Part shown: positions 59,820 through 64,000 of the stretch, in pieces
How positions within the stretch are numbered: the first letter of the stretch is position 1
Layout: each line of letters begins with the position of its first letter
Source of the DNA: Mobula birostris
Lineage: Eukaryota
DNA: 64,000 nucleotides
Direction of reading: 5' to 3'
Assembly: GCF_030028105.1 (NCBI RefSeq)
Contig: NC_092374.1
Location: 188,450,638-188,514,637 of the forward strand
The notes under the pieces: generated by a model
What the model saw: the letters and a program-made list of their open reading frames with translations, nothing else
What the model was told of the DNA's origin: nothing
The model's database searches: none
Position numbers and translations under genes: made by a program

Positions 59820-60420
59820 TGAGTTAACAGAACAACACACACAAAATGCAGGAGGAACTCAGCAGGTCAGACAGCACCGATGGAATTGAATAAACAGCTG
59901 ACATTTTGGGAGGGCAACCTTCATCAGGACTGGAAAGGAAGGGGGAAGGTGCCAGAATAAGAAGGTGGGGGGAGGGGAAGGGGGAAAAGCTAGAAGTTGA
60001 TAAGTGGGGGTGGGGGATGAAATAACAAGCTGGGAAGTGATAAGTGGAAAAGGCAAAGGCCTGGAGAAGCAGGAATCTGATAGGAGAGGAGAATGGACCT
60101 GGGAGAAAGGGAAAGAGGAGGGGCACTGGGGGGAGGTGAGGAGAAGAGGTAAGATGCCAGAGTGGGGGAATAAGGGAGAGGAAAGGTGGGGGAGCAGAAG
60201 TTGGAGAAATCGATGTTTGTGTCATCAGGTTGGAGGCTACATAGGCGGAACATGAGGTGTTGCTCCTCCAGCCTGAAGGTGGCTTCATCGTGGCAGAAGA
60301 GGAGGCCATGGTCCGACGTGTCAGAATGCGAATGGCGATAGGAATCAAAATGATTGTCTGCTGGGAAATTCCACTTTGTGGATAGAGTTGAGGTGCTCAA
60401 TGAAGCATGTCCCAATCATC
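59820..60420 (-). mobile_element. Older Penelope-like 3' fragment
   Basis: HFDSYRHSHSD..HGLLFCHDEATFRLEEQHLMFRL..QPDDTNIDFSNF. The pLTR hammerhead has GAAA changed to AAAA. Confidence 0.8.
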
Positions 60421-61279
60421 TACACTGGTTCTCACCAATGTGATGATAATAATAATAATATACACAAATGATAATATCCCAGCAGTAATATCTACAAATG
60501 GTATCACCACAGTCACGACACAGTAGCACGAAACAATTAGGCCTATACAGCCATATCTAGGCAAATCTCCAGAAAGCCTCAATAGTAAACACCACTAGAA
60601 TAGTCGTAAAAATCCTAGCGATTAAGAAATGAGCGTGCTTGTCTATGTCTGTACCTCAGGTTTCACCAGCTTGAGCTGAGAAACAATAAAAATACGATAA
60701 GAACAATAACTTTATTTATAGAGCCCTTTCTATACAGATCATGTAGTTCAAAGCAATTTACAATGGGATAAAATTATAGGTATAAAAATAATATAAAATA
60801 GAAATAAACATGTAAATAAAAGACAAAACAATGTTCATTAATAGCAAGGTTGAATAAATCGGATTTGAGCTGGAGTTTAAAGGTGTCAACTGAGTCTGCA
60901 TCCCCTATAGTTTTAGGTATTGAATTCCACAGAGTAGTTCAAAAAAGCTGGTAAAGGAGGCCACATCAGGAACACTGTGTACAGCAGCCAGAATAATGTA
61001 GTTCTGTTTGGTTTTGTCTTTGATGAAATATGTGATTTTATTTGTGGGAGAGCTGAAAGCTGCAATGGTGGTTAGTCCCAATGAAGCTGGAAGAAATCCA
61101 GTGAAGTTCCACTTAAAGTTTACAATTTAACTTTAATGTCATTTATGTCCCACTAATTAAATCTACCGTTTTTAATTGCATGCAGTATGACAATCAAAGC
61201 ATTATCAATTTAGATCTTTAGTACGGATACATGTCACTTTTATTATTTTATATTGATAGTTTATGATTTTATTTTCAAT

Positions 61280-61925
61280 GATGCTGAGACACCTCCTAAG
61301 ATGCACTGGGACACATCATCAGTGATGTAGTCTGCGGTCATCGGGTGTTTCAGGTCTTTCAGCATCAGACTCTCTCGCCCAGGTGAACCAGCCAGGGTTG
61401 ATCAGTCCCTGGCTTGTGTCCCAGCAGCAATGGTCCTGGGGTCACAGCTCTTGATCCATAGCCATCTGGAGGCTCACTCAGCAGCCTCTGTGACGGTCCT
61501 GATGGTTCTTCTGTGTGCAGACCCTGTCATGTCAAGAAGAGAGTAGGTTCTTCACAGCAAGCAGCCGGCAGAACCTCTATACCCCACCTCTGTAGACTCT
61601 CATCGTGCCCTCCCGCCCCCCCCCCCCCACCATCTCGGGCACTGCTCGACCAGCTCCTGGTACCTGGTTTTCTCACACTCAAGTGCCTCCTCAGTCCAGT
61701 CTTCCCATGGCACTGTCAGTTCTACCTTGACCACCTGCTTTGAGGTTTCTGAGAGTGACCATGTGAGGCCTCAGGGATGATGATACGATGAAGTCGGGGA
61801 ACTTGCCAAGATCAACATTCAGTTGCCAGTCAGGTGCCATGGTGAACAAACCTGCTGGTGGTCTGAGCTGAGGCTGTGGTTGTTTTCCAGCTTTGACAAA
61901 GGCTGTGGGCTTTCTGGGTTGGTGG
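61280..61925 (-). mobile_element. HERO/R2-group non-LTR retrotransposon 3' fragment (restriction-like endonuclease)
   Basis: Across a frameshift: WQLNVDL..FPDFIVSSSLRPHMV..SETSKQVVKVELTVPWEDWTEEALECEKTRYQELVEQC, the PD-(D/E)xK RLE signature (RPD..ELTVPWE). Confidence 0.75.
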
Positions 61926-62568
61926 AGGTAATCCATATATATATGAAGAGTTCTAATTATTTTTATGTTTATATAATTATTTATTTAATATACTTTTCTC
62001 ATAAAGATTCTCTTTTAATATCGTGATAATGATCTTATCATTTTATCACTGTTTACCCTTCTCTGTGGAGAAGTTTCATTTGGGTCCTTTTGATTTGCCC
62101 ATCCCTAGTCTCTCCTGGTTGAACACATCTTTTGATGGAGACGCCAAGTATAAATCCCAAGTGTGTACATTTGCACACAGCAATTATTTCATCTGAACAA
62201 GCTGCTACTTAGTTTTTGTAGAGAGCTATTTCCTTCTGTGCCTCTGACCCTGTTGCTCTGGTTACTCTTTGGAAGACATTGGTCACTGCTGATACTACTA
62301 GGACAGGAAATCTGCTTGCTTGTGGCTTCTCTCTCTCCAAGCACCTCGCTGTTATGGAATGGTTTCAAAAAACAGAAATATTTGTTAGTGTTTCAAGTGT
62401 ATCCTTACTGAAAAATGTCAATTCGGTAAACACATTCTGTTAAACTTAACAGAACCAATCTTCTCTTTCAGTCAATGAGGCATTCAGTCATCTCTACACA
62501 CATACATTGAAGAAGACACTTTCCCAGGACAGATATGGCTAATGAGAGGGGGCAGAATTTTAAGATGT

Positions 62569-62880
62569 GGGCACGTGGCCAAGTGGTTAAGGCATTCGAC
62601 TAGTGATCTGAGGTCGTGAGTTCAAGCCCCAGCTGAGGCAGCGTGTTGTGTCCTTGAGCAAGGAACTTAATCACACATTGCTCTGCGACGACACTGGTGC
62701 CAAGCTCTATGGGTCCTAATGCCCTTCCCTTGGACAACATCAAGGTCGTGGAGAGGGGAGACTTGCAGCTTGGGCAACTGCTGGTCTTCCATTCAACCTT
62801 GCCCAGGCCTGCGCCCTGGGGAGTGAAGACTTTCCAGGCGCAGATCCATGGTCTCACAAGACTAATGGATGCCTTAATTA
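62569..62880 (+). mobile_element. tRNA-derived SINE, well preserved
   Basis: A box TGGCCAAGTGG (62576-62586) and B box GAGTTCAAGCC (62618-62628), followed by a ~250-bp non-tRNA body including gtgttgtgtccttgagcaagg. Confidence 0.8.
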
Positions 62881-63339
62881 AATAATGTCAAGGAAAGTAC
62901 AGGGTGAGTGTCAGAGATACTGTAGGTCTTTTACACAGAGAGTGGTGGGTGCATGGAATGTGCTGGCAGGGGTGGTGGTGGAGGCAGATACATTAGGGAC
63001 GTCTAAGAGAAGAGAAAAGAGAAAATGGACGTCCATGTGGGAGGAAAGTGTTAGATGGATCTTGGAGTAGGTTAAAAGGTCAGCACAACATTGTGGGCTG
63101 AAAGCCCTTTATTGTGCTCTCATGTTTTGTGTTCTATGACATACTGTATAAAGGAAGCTGGCAGAGAGCTGGCTAAAAAGCTAAAAGGTCCTTGGTAGAA
63201 ATTCAAAGTAGTGGAGAGAGATGGAGAATGAGAGAGATTCAGGAAGGGAATTCTCAGACCTTAGAATCATAACCACTAAAGACGCATGCCACCAATAATG
63301 ACATGAAAACAGTGGAGCACACATGAATTGTTTATGCAC

Positions 63340-63975
63340 TTTATGTTCCAGCCTGAAAAAGGAGTTATTTCATAAGTCGAGGGATAGAGTTTAAGAGTCA
63401 CGGGGTAATAATACAGCTCTATAGAACTCTGTTTAGGCCACAATTGGAGTACCGTGTCCATTTCTGGTCGCCTCACTGTAGGAAGGATGTGGAAGCATTG
63501 GAAAGGGTACAGAGGAGATTCACCAGGATGCTGCCTGGTTTAGAGAGTATGCATTATGATCAGAGATTAAGGAAGCTAAGGCTTTACTGTTTGGAGAGAA
63601 GGAGGATGAGAGGAAACATGATAGAGGTGTACAAGATAATAAGAGGAATAGATAGAGTGGATAGCTAGTGCCTCTTCCCCAGGGCACCACTGCTCAATAC
63701 AAGAGGACATGGCTTTAAGGTAAGGGGTGGGAAGTTCAAGGGGGATATTAGAGGAAGGTTTTTTACTCAGAGAGTGGTTGGTGCGTGGAATGCGCTGCCT
63801 GAGTCAGTGGTGGAGGCAGATACACTTGTGAAGTTTAAGAGACTACTAGACAGGTATATGGAGAAATTTAAGATGGGGGGTTATATGGGAGGCAGGGTTT
63901 GAGGATCGGCATAATATTGTGGGCCGAACGGCCTGTACTGTGCTGTACTATTCTATGTTCTATGTTCTGTGTTCT
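63340..63975 (+). mobile_element. CR1 3'-end fragment
   Basis: EYRVHFWSPHCRKDVEALERVQRRFTRMLPGL...MRGNMIEVYKI and a (ttctatg)n tail. Confidence 0.9.
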
Positions 63976-64000
63976 ATTGCAAGTTAACCATTCACTAGGA

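Noticed and set aside
61340-61385. Hammerhead-like CTGATG..GAAAC in the HERO 3' UTR (minus)
   Set aside because: Lacks the CUGANGA core and I could not form stems I/II.
62163-62431. Hydrophobic plus-strand ORF, or a minus-strand terminal exon of a third gene
   Set aside because: No donor or leader partner in the window and no domain. The minus-strand acceptor is only moderate, so it is unsupported.
62569-62640. tRNA gene
   Set aside because: A and B boxes are present, but I found no matching acceptor stem or Pol III terminator, and it continues into a SINE body.
1-64000. CRISPR array or prokaryotic defence system
   Set aside because: The DNA is intron-containing vertebrate sequence. The recurring ~30-60-bp motifs are dispersed retroelement ends, not regularly spaced repeats, and no cas-like ORF is present.

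Overview
Eukaryotic, vertebrate genomic DNA, most likely from a cartilaginous fish (shark or ray). This is inferred from the repeat complement and was not checked against a database. Most of the window is layered transposon debris: CR1, Rex1/Babar, Tx1, L1, a HERO/R2-type element, Penelope-like elements (PLE) with minimal hammerhead ribozymes, hAT, Tigger, Tc1/mariner, tRNA-derived SINEs and a solo LTR. Between the repeats, on the minus strand, lie exons of two tandem immunoglobulin-superfamily receptor genes; several of these exons are too short for the ORF track. Gene A has a leader exon (11849-11906) and an IgV exon (689-994), and continues beyond the window start. Gene B has a leader (47634-47709), IgV (45064-45456), transmembrane (38840-38941) and cytoplasmic (37759-37814) exon, plus uncertain downstream tail exons carrying Tyr motifs. 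All four joins among the well-supported exons have canonical GT-AG sites and matching phases. Both V domains lack the canonical B-F disulfide, as in CD2/SLAM- and CEACAM-N-type domains. There are no CRISPR arrays, rRNA genes or true tRNA genes. A 129-N assembly gap lies just upstream of gene B.
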